Origin: Acidimicrobiales bacterium
GTDB taxonomy: Bacteria > Actinomycetota > Acidimicrobiia > Acidimicrobiales > CATQHL01
DNA: 64,000 nt
Assembly: GCA_965209115.1 (NCBI GenBank)
Contig: CBDBQD010000002.1
Span: forward strand, 327,890 to 391,889
Direction: 5' to 3'
Part shown: piece by piece, positions 28,846 to 35,649 of the stretch
Layout of the letters: each line of letters begins with the position of its first letter
Position numbering within the stretch: position 1 is the first letter of the stretch
Translations under genes and position numbers: made by a program
The notes under the pieces: model-generated
What the model saw: only the letters and a program-made list of their open reading frames with translations
Told to the model about the DNA's origin: nothing
Database searches by the model: none

Positions 28846-29388
28846 TCAGACGAGTGCGCGGATGGCCATCACCGACCGGTAGTTGCGGGCCGTCGTCTCG
28901 GCGCCGATGAAGCGGTGCAATCGCTCGACCAGCTTGGACCGGCCGAACCCGTTGGGAGTGTGGAGGTAGAAGACCCCATCGGTCAGCACGAACTCCTCGG
29001 CTCGTGTGGCCAATTCCCGCAGGCCGTCCAGATCGGCGGTCGGATCGGGTTCGGCGAGGAAGAAGAAGTGCACCGCCTTCGGGTCTTGCTCGCCCTGGGG
29101 GAACGGGTTGGCGGCGATGGCCGCATCGAAGGCGTCGACGTCGAGAGCGAACGTGTGAGGAGCGAACCCGAAGCGCCCTTCGATGGCGTCCCGGATCGAG
29201 CGGGCAACGGAGTCACGGTCACTGTCCGCCGAGTCGAGAACGATGTTGCCGCTCTGGATGTACGTCCGGACGTTCTCGAAGCCCACGTCGGCGAGCAGCT
29301 CGCGAAGCGCAGCCATCGGCAGCTTGTGACGGCCGCCGACGTTCACACCGCGCAGCAACACGATCCAGGTCGTCATGGCCACCAGCAT
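28846..29388 (-). CDS. DUF1697 domain protein
   Basis: WIVLLRGVNVGGRHKLPMAALRELL...NVRTYIQSGNIVL is the DUF1697 signature. ATG 29388 or 29376. The track ORF extension to 29991 is rejected. Confidence 0.8.
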   Translation of the reverse strand: MLVAMTTWIVLLRGVNVGGRHKLPMAALRELLADVGFENVRTYIQSGNIVLDSADSDRDSVARSIRDAIEGRFGFAPHTFALDVDAFDAAIAANPFPQGEQDPKAVHFFFLAEPDPTADLDGLRELATRAEEFVLTDGVFYLHTPNGFGRSKLVERLHRFIGAETTARNYRSVMAIRALV

Positions 29389-29571
29389 CCCACGGCCCTC
29401 TCGCCAACACCTGCCGAGCGGTGCTGGCAGCCGAGCCCAACGCACCAGATGACGCACGCTCGATGTACAAATTGCGCGCCAGTCGATGTACCAGATGTCG
29501 GACGTTCGACGACCCAGGTGTCGAGATCCCTCTACGCGGCCGCCTGGCGCGCCAGCGATAGCGTCGTCGAC

Positions 29572-30144
29572 ATGGAGGATCACGGGCTCGACATCGACCG
29601 CTTCCGGCGCTGGGCGTTGGGAAATCTCGTCTGGAACACGAACCGCGGCATCTTCGCCGAGTGGCTCGTTGGCCAAGCACTCGGAGCGATTGGCGAGGAT
29701 GAGGCTCGGGACGAGTGGGGCGAGTGCGACCTCTACTACCGCGGCGTCAAGATCGAAGTGAAGACGTCCGGCCGGGGCCAGGCCTGGAAGCAAGACCGGC
29801 CGTCGACGCCGGAGTTCGGCGTCCGACCCCTGAAGCAGACATGGGACAAGCGCACTAACGAGTGGACGGATCACGTTCCGCGGGCGAGAGTCGCCGGCGT
29901 CTACGTGTTCTGCCTCCACGAGCCATTTCCGGCGACGGACGACAACGTCCGCGACCTGGCATCTTGGAAGTTCTGGGTCGGCTCGAAGCAAGCTCTCGAC
30001 GACCAGCTTGGACCACAGGAGAGGATCGGCCTCTCAAGGCTGAGAGACCTCATGGCGTCGGGGCCAGTCGGGTGGTCCGAGATCAAGGCCGAGGTCGACC
30101 GATGCGCCAACCTGGCAGAGAGTGAGGCCGCCTCCGCGACATAG
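29572..30144 (+). CDS. hypothetical protein with a PD-(D/E)xK nuclease-like motif
   Basis: IFAEWLV...ECDLYYRGVKIEVKTS fits the E...D...ExK pattern. ATG 29572. The upstream part of the track ORF is antisense to the DUF1697 gene. Confidence 0.6.
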   Translation: MEDHGLDIDRFRRWALGNLVWNTNRGIFAEWLVGQALGAIGEDEARDEWGECDLYYRGVKIEVKTSGRGQAWKQDRPSTPEFGVRPLKQTWDKRTNEWTDHVPRARVAGVYVFCLHEPFPATDDNVRDLASWKFWVGSKQALDDQLGPQERIGLSRLRDLMASGPVGWSEIKAEVDRCANLAESEAASAT

Positions 30145-30226
30145 CCTGGCTCGATTCTGTGACCGGGAGGGTCGGCTTGAGTCTGACCGTGTCTCGACTG
30201 TCGCTCTAAGTGGCGCCGGGTGCCTT

Positions 30227-31018
30227 CTACGCGACGGCGGCAGGCATCTCGTCGTAGTACATGCCGTCGAGGTCGCGACCGTTGGCTTTGGGGGTTCGGC
30301 CTCCCCATTGCTTGAAGAAGAACGCCACGTCGGCCGCTCTGCATTGGTCGCGGAGGTCGCGTACCCACACTTCGTTCATGCGGCGCGCCCGGGGGCCGCT
30401 CTCGCCTCCCGCGATCAGCCAGTCAATTCCGGTGAGGTCTAGGTCGGGGAGCGCTCCGAGGAGCGGCTCGGCGCTCACGAAGCGGACCTTGGCGCCGACT
30501 TGGCGGAGGTGGTCGATCCGGAACGCGTAGTGGTCGGTCTCCACGCTGACCCCTATCCAGACGTTGTGGGGCCAGTCGAGGTCGTCGGAGAGGTTGCGGA
30601 GCCGCCGGGAGCGCTTCGTGAGGATCTGGTAGGTGTGCTGCGGTGTGTCAGCCATGACCTCGAATACGCGGCGGATGAAGTCGAGCGGCACGTCGGGATG
30701 GAAGAGATCGCTCATCGAGTTGAAGAGATCGCTCATCGAGTTGACGAACACCAGCCGCGGCGAGCGCCACGTGTAGGGGATGGACAGGGTGTCCTCGTGG
30801 AGGGTCAGCGCGAAGCCGGGGCCGCTGGTGCGGGTGTCGCCGTCGTTGCGGTACTTGGGCTGGCCCATGGCCTTGAGCCGCTTGGCCAGCGCGAGCGCGT
30901 AACAGTTGTCGCAGCCCGGTGAGGTCTGGTCGCAACCCGTGGTCGGGTTCCACGTCGTCTCGGTCCACTCGATGCCCGAACGGTCGGCCACGGCCCTCCT
31001 CGCAACTCGGTTATCCAC
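30227..31018 (-). CDS. DUF5131 (phage Gp37/Gp68) family protein
   Basis: IEWTETTWNPTTGCDQTSPGCDNCYA three-Cys N-terminal motif, and ...IAGGESGP...FFFKQWGG. Contains an in-frame 7-aa duplication. Confidence 0.85.
   Translation of the reverse strand: MDNRVARRAVADRSGIEWTETTWNPTTGCDQTSPGCDNCYALALAKRLKAMGQPKYRNDGDTRTSGPGFALTLHEDTLSIPYTWRSPRLVFVNSMSDLFNSMSDLFHPDVPLDFIRRVFEVMADTPQHTYQILTKRSRRLRNLSDDLDWPHNVWIGVSVETDHYAFRIDHLRQVGAKVRFVSAEPLLGALPDLDLTGIDWLIAGGESGPRARRMNEVWVRDLRDQCRAADVAFFFKQWGGRTPKANGRDLDGMYYDEMPAAVA
30701..30742. repeat. perfect 21-bp tandem duplication inside the DUF5131 gene
   Basis: gaagagatcgctcatcgagtt occurs twice back to back and encodes NSMSDLF NSMSDLF. Confidence 0.9.
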
Positions 31019-31168
31019 AGCCCCGAGCGTACGAGCGGGGTGTGTCAGCCTTGTCGAGCATCGGCGTCCGGATCAATCGGGACATATAGGCAACGTGCAG
31101 AGTTCCGTGGTTGGGCGTGCGGAGGGCGTTACGCTGCAGTAGATGTCCCGGATCCCACCGCAGGTTCT

Positions 31169-32002
31169 GTGAGCGACATCCGCCTCCCGGACTTTGCTGA
31201 CCCGCCGGTTGTGGAGACTGTGCTCGGTGTCAGTTTCCTTGAGGTGCCTCAGTTGACGTCGACCCAGATCGTGCGCTTCTGGGCGCGACATCTTGCGGAT
31301 GCTCTACCGAGCGACGCGGAGCGTGCTCCCTACGACGTGCCGGTCGAGCGCTTCCCCGCGCCGCCACCGAGGGAGGAATTATCTGTGAGGCTTCGTGTTG
31401 AGCCTCCACCGACAAGGTTCATGTTTTCTGCCGAGAATCATCTGGTCCAGATCCAGTCCGACTGGTTCGCGTACAACTGGCGTAAGACTCCGGCGCGGCC
31501 TGACTACGAGCGATACGAAGCCGGCCGCGAGCGGTTCCAGTCCCACCTTGAGCAGTTCAGCGCATTCCTCGACGCGGATCTAGAGGCGCGTCTACAACCC
31601 GTCCAGTGCGAGATCACCTACGTGAACCACATCGCTCTGCCGGGCCCGACTGACGGAGCGGGACCTCTGGGAGCGGTTCTGCGCGACGTCCAGCCCGCCG
31701 CCGGCGTGTACCTCCCCGAGCCGCATCATGCCGAGTTCTCAAGCCAGTACGAAATGCACGCGGAAGACGTTGTCGGGCGACTCCACGTGTCTGCGCGTAC
31801 CGCGACAGTCGACCGCGACTCGGGCGCCCCGCGAGTCGTCCTGACGCTGACAGCGCGTGGTGCACCCCCATCAGGTGATCTTTTTGGCGTGCTTCGATTC
31901 CTAGACGCCGGACGGGTGTGGATCGTCTGCGGCTTCAAGGATCTGACGACCCCACAGATGCAGGAACGGTGGGGCCAGAAGTCGAAGGGAGAGTCTCCAT
32001 GA
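31169..32002 (+). CDS. TIGR04255-like family protein (unknown function)
   Basis: N-terminus ...FADPPVVETVLGVSF... and overall length resemble the TIGR04255 family as I recall it. GTG 31169 is preferred over the track start at 31040. Confidence 0.65.
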   Translation: MSDIRLPDFADPPVVETVLGVSFLEVPQLTSTQIVRFWARHLADALPSDAERAPYDVPVERFPAPPPREELSVRLRVEPPPTRFMFSAENHLVQIQSDWFAYNWRKTPARPDYERYEAGRERFQSHLEQFSAFLDADLEARLQPVQCEITYVNHIALPGPTDGAGPLGAVLRDVQPAAGVYLPEPHHAEFSSQYEMHAEDVVGRLHVSARTATVDRDSGAPRVVLTLTARGAPPSGDLFGVLRFLDAGRVWIVCGFKDLTTPQMQERWGQKSKGESP

Positions 32003-32490
32003 CACCGCCAACGGGAGCAGTGCTTGCCGAGTCGTCTCCTGGACAGCCGCTGCGCCGGGCGGCGTCGCAGAGCGCGGCTCAATCGGGTGGTCGCTCGCAG
32101 GTGTACGTGCTCTCCGAGATGCATTGGGCCGCAGAGTGGCGAGACGAGACGCTGAGGCGAATCAGAAACCTCCGGTGGCTGGACGCAGGCTGGGACGGCC
32201 CAGGATCGCCGGCTATGGAAGACACAACGCTGGCTGCGGCCTCGCGGTTGGTCGAACAACTCGCTGGGAGTTTGGCGGGCCTGCGGCCACCGGCGATCGT
32301 GCCGACACCAGACGCTGGCGTGTTCATCGAGTGGTACGACGCGACGCACAGCATCGGCTTCACCGTGCGGGATCGTGGTTACGTCGAAGTCTGTTACGAG
32401 GACGCTGCGCTAGGAGTCGAGTGGGAGGGACACGTCGGGAATCTGCCAAACGAGGACTGGCTCCGGATCCTCCTGACCCACCAGCGCTAG
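31999..32490 (+). CDS. hypothetical protein, translationally coupled to the TIGR04255-like gene
   Basis: ATG 31999 overlaps the upstream TGA (ATGA). Contains the motif LRWLDAGWDGPGSPA...PAIVPTPDAGVFIEW. Confidence 0.65.
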   Translation: MTPPTGAVLAESSPGQPLRRAASQSAAQSGGRSQVYVLSEMHWAAEWRDETLRRIRNLRWLDAGWDGPGSPAMEDTTLAAASRLVEQLAGSLAGLRPPAIVPTPDAGVFIEWYDATHSIGFTVRDRGYVEVCYEDAALGVEWEGHVGNLPNEDWLRILLTHQR

Positions 32491-32521
32491 CCACGGCTCA
32501 CCGTTCCGTTGAGCAGCAGTC

Positions 32522-32983
32522 GTGCCGAGCGGACACTATGCAGATGACCTCGAAGGCGTCTCTCCGGGCTCGCAACTCATTCGGCGGATCAATCCGGACT
32601 ACTGCGTCTGGAGCGAGCCCAACGAACAGGGAATGCCACGTATCAACCGCCAAGCCATTCAGTTCTATCGTCCGGAAGAAGCACAGCGACTGGGATGTCC
32701 AGGTCCTGCGGCGTCCTTTCATTTGGAACAGCTGCTGGAGTCGGTGGATGCCCTCCGGCAAGACCACCCCGGTTATGGCTTCGCGCGCATCAACGCGGAC
32801 GCCGTGCGGAGTGGCGGAGTACTCGGCATACAGCCCTGGCCGACCGACCAGAACCCGGAGCACGTTGTCGTGTTCCGTAACGATGGCGGTGTGAGATTGC
32901 AAGAGGCCCAACGCAAGCGCCTTGCCGAGCACCTCACCCGTGATTGGATCGTTCTGCCCGATCCCCCTGATGCCATAGGCTGA
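32522..32983 (+). CDS. hypothetical protein
   Basis: GTG start 31 nt after the upstream stop. Plus-frame codon usage (gac/ctc/ggc/atc) looks more gene-like than the competing minus ORF 32498..33019. Lower GC than the core. Confidence 0.5.
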   Translation: MPSGHYADDLEGVSPGSQLIRRINPDYCVWSEPNEQGMPRINRQAIQFYRPEEAQRLGCPGPAASFHLEQLLESVDALRQDHPGYGFARINADAVRSGGVLGIQPWPTDQNPEHVVVFRNDGGVRLQEAQRKRLAEHLTRDWIVLPDPPDAIG

Positions 32984-33008
32984 CACACCGCTCGAAGGGG
33001 CTCGTCTG

Positions 33009-34463
33009 TTAGTCGCCAATCTCGCCGTCGTAGATCCCCGGAGTCGCGGCGAGGCTGTCGGCGAGGGTTTGGATTTCTTCTAGGGCGGCTTGGAGGTCTT
33101 CGGCGATTTCGGCGGCGAGGACGGCGGGGGGTGGGAGGTCGTCGGTGTCGGTGAGGCTGTCGTCGCGGAGCCAGAAGATGTCGAGGCTGACCTTGTCGCG
33201 GGCCAGCAGTTCGTCGTAGGTGAAGCGCTTGAAGCGTTCGGAGGGCTCGCGGCGGTGGGGTTCGCCGGGGCGGTAGCAGGCGACGAAGTCGTCGAGGTCG
33301 GCGCGGCGGAGGGGGTTCTGTTTGCGGGTGAAGTGCTTGTTGGTGCGCAGGTCGTAGACCCACAGCTCGCGGGTCCAGGCCGCCTCGGCGCCGGGGCGGC
33401 GGCGGAAGAACAAGACGTTGGCCTTGACGCCCTGGGCGTAGAAGATGCCCGTCGGCAGGCGCAGGAGGGTGTGGACCTCGCAGTCGGCCAGGAGGCGGCG
33501 GCGGATGGTCTCGCCGGCGCCGGCCTCGAAGAGCACGTTGTCGGGCACCACGACCGCGGCGGTCCCGTCGATGCGCAGCAGGCCCACCACGTGCTGCACG
33601 AAGTTGAGTTGCTTGTTGCGGGTGGCGGCCCAGAAGTCCTCCCGCTCGTAGCTGTCGGTGGAGGACCGCCCGAACGGCGGGTTCGTGAGCACCATGTCGA
33701 AGCGGGCGGCGGGCCGCTCCCGCAGCGCGTCGTCGACGCGGATCGGCGAGTCGGACTCGGGGCTCTCGATGCCGTGCAGCAGCAGGTTCATGGCGCACAG
33801 CCGCGCCGGCAGATCCGCGATCTCCCAACCGGTGAACGCCCCCGACCGCAGGTGCGCGGTCTGGTGCGGCTCGAGGTGGGGGAAGCGCTGGAGGATTGAC
33901 TGGTAGGCGCCGAGGAAGAAGCCGCCGGTGCCGCACGCCGGGTCGCAGACGCGGTCATCGGGGCCCGGCCGCATCACGTCGACGATCGCCGAGATGAGCG
34001 CCCGCGGCGTGAAGTACTGGCCCGCCCCGCGGGCGCCCTCCTGGGCGGTCTTCTCGATCAGACCCTCGTAGGCGTCGCCCTTCAGGTCGGCGTCGAGGCT
34101 CAGCCACTCGTGGCGGTCCACGAACTCCTTGATGAGCCGCTCCAGCTTCGCCGGGTCCTGCACCCGATTGCGGGCCTTGCGAAACACGACGCCCAGCATG
34201 TTCTCGCCGGCGCCGAGCTCTTCGAGGACCGTGCTGTAGTGCTGCTCCAACTCGACGCCCGAGCGCCGCAGCAGCGACGCCCAGCCGAACCCCGCGGGCA
34301 CCACCCGCTGCCCGCCGAGCTGCTCGAACTGCTCGTCGGCCATCTTCAGGAACAGCAGGTAGGTGAGCTGCTCCAGGTACTCGCCGTACGACAACCCGTC
34401 ATCACGCAGGACGTCGCAGAAATCCCACAGCCGCTGCACCAGGGCCCTCGGATCGGCGGTCAT
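33009..34463 (-). CDS. hsdM: type I restriction-modification system methyltransferase subunit
   Basis: HsdM N-terminal domain (LWDFCDVLRDDGLSYGEYLEQLTYLLFLKM), the SAM motif DPACGTGGF, and the catalytic NPPFG. Confidence 0.93.
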   Translation of the reverse strand: MTADPRALVQRLWDFCDVLRDDGLSYGEYLEQLTYLLFLKMADEQFEQLGGQRVVPAGFGWASLLRRSGVELEQHYSTVLEELGAGENMLGVVFRKARNRVQDPAKLERLIKEFVDRHEWLSLDADLKGDAYEGLIEKTAQEGARGAGQYFTPRALISAIVDVMRPGPDDRVCDPACGTGGFFLGAYQSILQRFPHLEPHQTAHLRSGAFTGWEIADLPARLCAMNLLLHGIESPESDSPIRVDDALRERPAARFDMVLTNPPFGRSSTDSYEREDFWAATRNKQLNFVQHVVGLLRIDGTAAVVVPDNVLFEAGAGETIRRRLLADCEVHTLLRLPTGIFYAQGVKANVLFFRRRPGAEAAWTRELWVYDLRTNKHFTRKQNPLRRADLDDFVACYRPGEPHRREPSERFKRFTYDELLARDKVSLDIFWLRDDSLTDTDDLPPPAVLAAEIAEDLQAALEEIQTLADSLAATPGIYDGEIGD

Positions 34464-34615
34464 GGCCGGAGACGGCGCGGCCGGTTGCGGCCGGAATGGT
34501 CAGTGTGTGGAGTCACCGGCCGGAGGGTACTCAGAGGACGAGAGCGGTGTGGGCCTCGATCTGGTGCGGTCCGATTGGCGGCGGTCGCGTGGTCGCGACG
34601 CCTTGCCGGGCAGGA

Positions 34616-35191
34616 TCAGCGTCCGGGACCGGCTTGTGTGGAGTCGTCGCTGGCGCCAACCGCTGCCAGCCAGGCTTCGATGGGGATCTCGGGAATCGGA
34701 CGTTCAATGCGGTCGGACTGGTCCGCGAAGGCGCGTAGGCCGTCGCGGGTGGTGGCTCGGGGGACGAGTCTGTGATCGCCGGCGGCTTCGAGTTCGTCCG
34801 CGAGGCGGAGGATGGCGTCGCGGTTCGGTCCCGGACGGCGGTCGTCGGCCTCGCGGCGCAGTTTCGGCGGCAGCCTGACGTGTATCGGCTCGAGTTCTCG
34901 GGGGGGTTCCCTCAACCGTTCTCTCGCTTTGGCTTCAGCTGCTGCCAGGCAGGCTTCGATGGGGATCTCGGGAATCGGACGTTCGATGCGGTCGGACCAG
35001 TCGGCGAGGGCGCGTAGGCCGTCGCGGGTGGTGGCTCGGGGGACGAGTCTGTGATCGCCGGCGGCTTCGAGTTCGTCCGCGAGGCGGAGGATGGCGTCGC
35101 GGTTCGGTCCCGGATGGCGGTCGTCGGCCTCGCGGCGCAGTTTCGGCGGCAGGCTGACGTATACCTGCTCGAGCGGCTCTGGCGCTGTCAC
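34616..35191 (-). CDS. hypothetical protein built from two tandem 93-aa repeats
   Basis: Two copies of LPPKLRREADDR.PGPNRDAILRLADELEAAGDHRLVPRATTRDGLRA.AD.SDRIERPIPEIPIEA. The GTG start overlaps the upstream stop (GTGA). Confidence 0.6.
   Translation of the reverse strand: MTAPEPLEQVYVSLPPKLRREADDRHPGPNRDAILRLADELEAAGDHRLVPRATTRDGLRALADWSDRIERPIPEIPIEACLAAAEAKARERLREPPRELEPIHVRLPPKLRREADDRRPGPNRDAILRLADELEAAGDHRLVPRATTRDGLRAFADQSDRIERPIPEIPIEAWLAAVGASDDSTQAGPGR
34662..35173. repeat. 279-bp-period tandem duplication (two copies, few mismatches)
   Basis: 34662-34894 and 34941-35173 are near identical. Track ORFs at 34772 and 35051 begin with identical peptides. Confidence 0.9.
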
Positions 35192-35469
35192 GTCGTGGTG
35201 CCTCCCTCGGCGTCCAGAGTATCAAGGACGTCGCCCAGTGCCTGAGACACCTCCTGAGCCAAGCCTCCGGCGTCCTCCGCGTGCCTGGCGGCGGTTTCGG
35301 CGTGTCTCGCTGCGATATCGACCAGCACGGCTGCGGCGTTCGCCGCGGCAAGGGCCACCCGTGCCGCGCGTGCTGAGGCATGAGCGTCCACCGCGGCGTC
35401 CGATGCTTTGAAACCCTCCGCCTCGACTGCGGCATAGGCGTCGGTGAGCGGGCGATCTGGTTCTGTCAT
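35188..35469 (-). CDS. Ala-rich helical hypothetical protein
   Basis: ATG 35469 lies downstream of an AT-rich promoter-like patch. It is translationally coupled to the next gene. Confidence 0.5.
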   Translation of the reverse strand: MTEPDRPLTDAYAAVEAEGFKASDAAVDAHASARAARVALAAANAAAVLVDIAARHAETAARHAEDAGGLAQEVSQALGDVLDTLDAEGGTTT

Positions 35470-35479
35470 GCGGCGAGTG

Positions 35480-35560
35480 TAGCACGATCCGATAGATTAT
35501 AATGAGTTTCCATTAGTGTCGATAAGTTCTGTGACGATTGTCAATCGACACCGCCTGCTG
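35480..35560 (-). promoter_or_regulatory. AT-rich promoter-like patch with TATAAT and a 13-bp palindrome
   Basis: On the minus strand, ...tcgattgacaatcg...cattataatctatcggatcg... precedes ATG 35469. The palindrome cgattgtcaatcg is at 35535-35547. The flanks are about 70% GC. Confidence 0.4.
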
Positions 35561-35649
35561 ACCGCTACGCGGCCGACCCAGCGGTGCGCGCCCCGCCGAC
35601 CGGGAGTCGGCGACGCGCTCGAGGAGCACCGAGGCCCTCGGATCGGCGA

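Noticed and set aside
28810-29571. Upstream two-thirds of track ORF 28810..30144, and the mirror extension of 28846..29991.
   Set aside because: Each extension is antisense to the other gene's supported part (DUF1697 signature on minus, PD-(D/E)xK motif on plus). Only the distal parts have sensible composition.
32498-33019. 173-aa minus-strand ORF competing with the plus-strand 32522..32983 ORF.
   Set aside because: The plus frame has more host-like codon choice and continues the co-directional cluster with a short gap. The minus ORF would have no room for a promoter upstream of hsdM. The choice remains uncertain.
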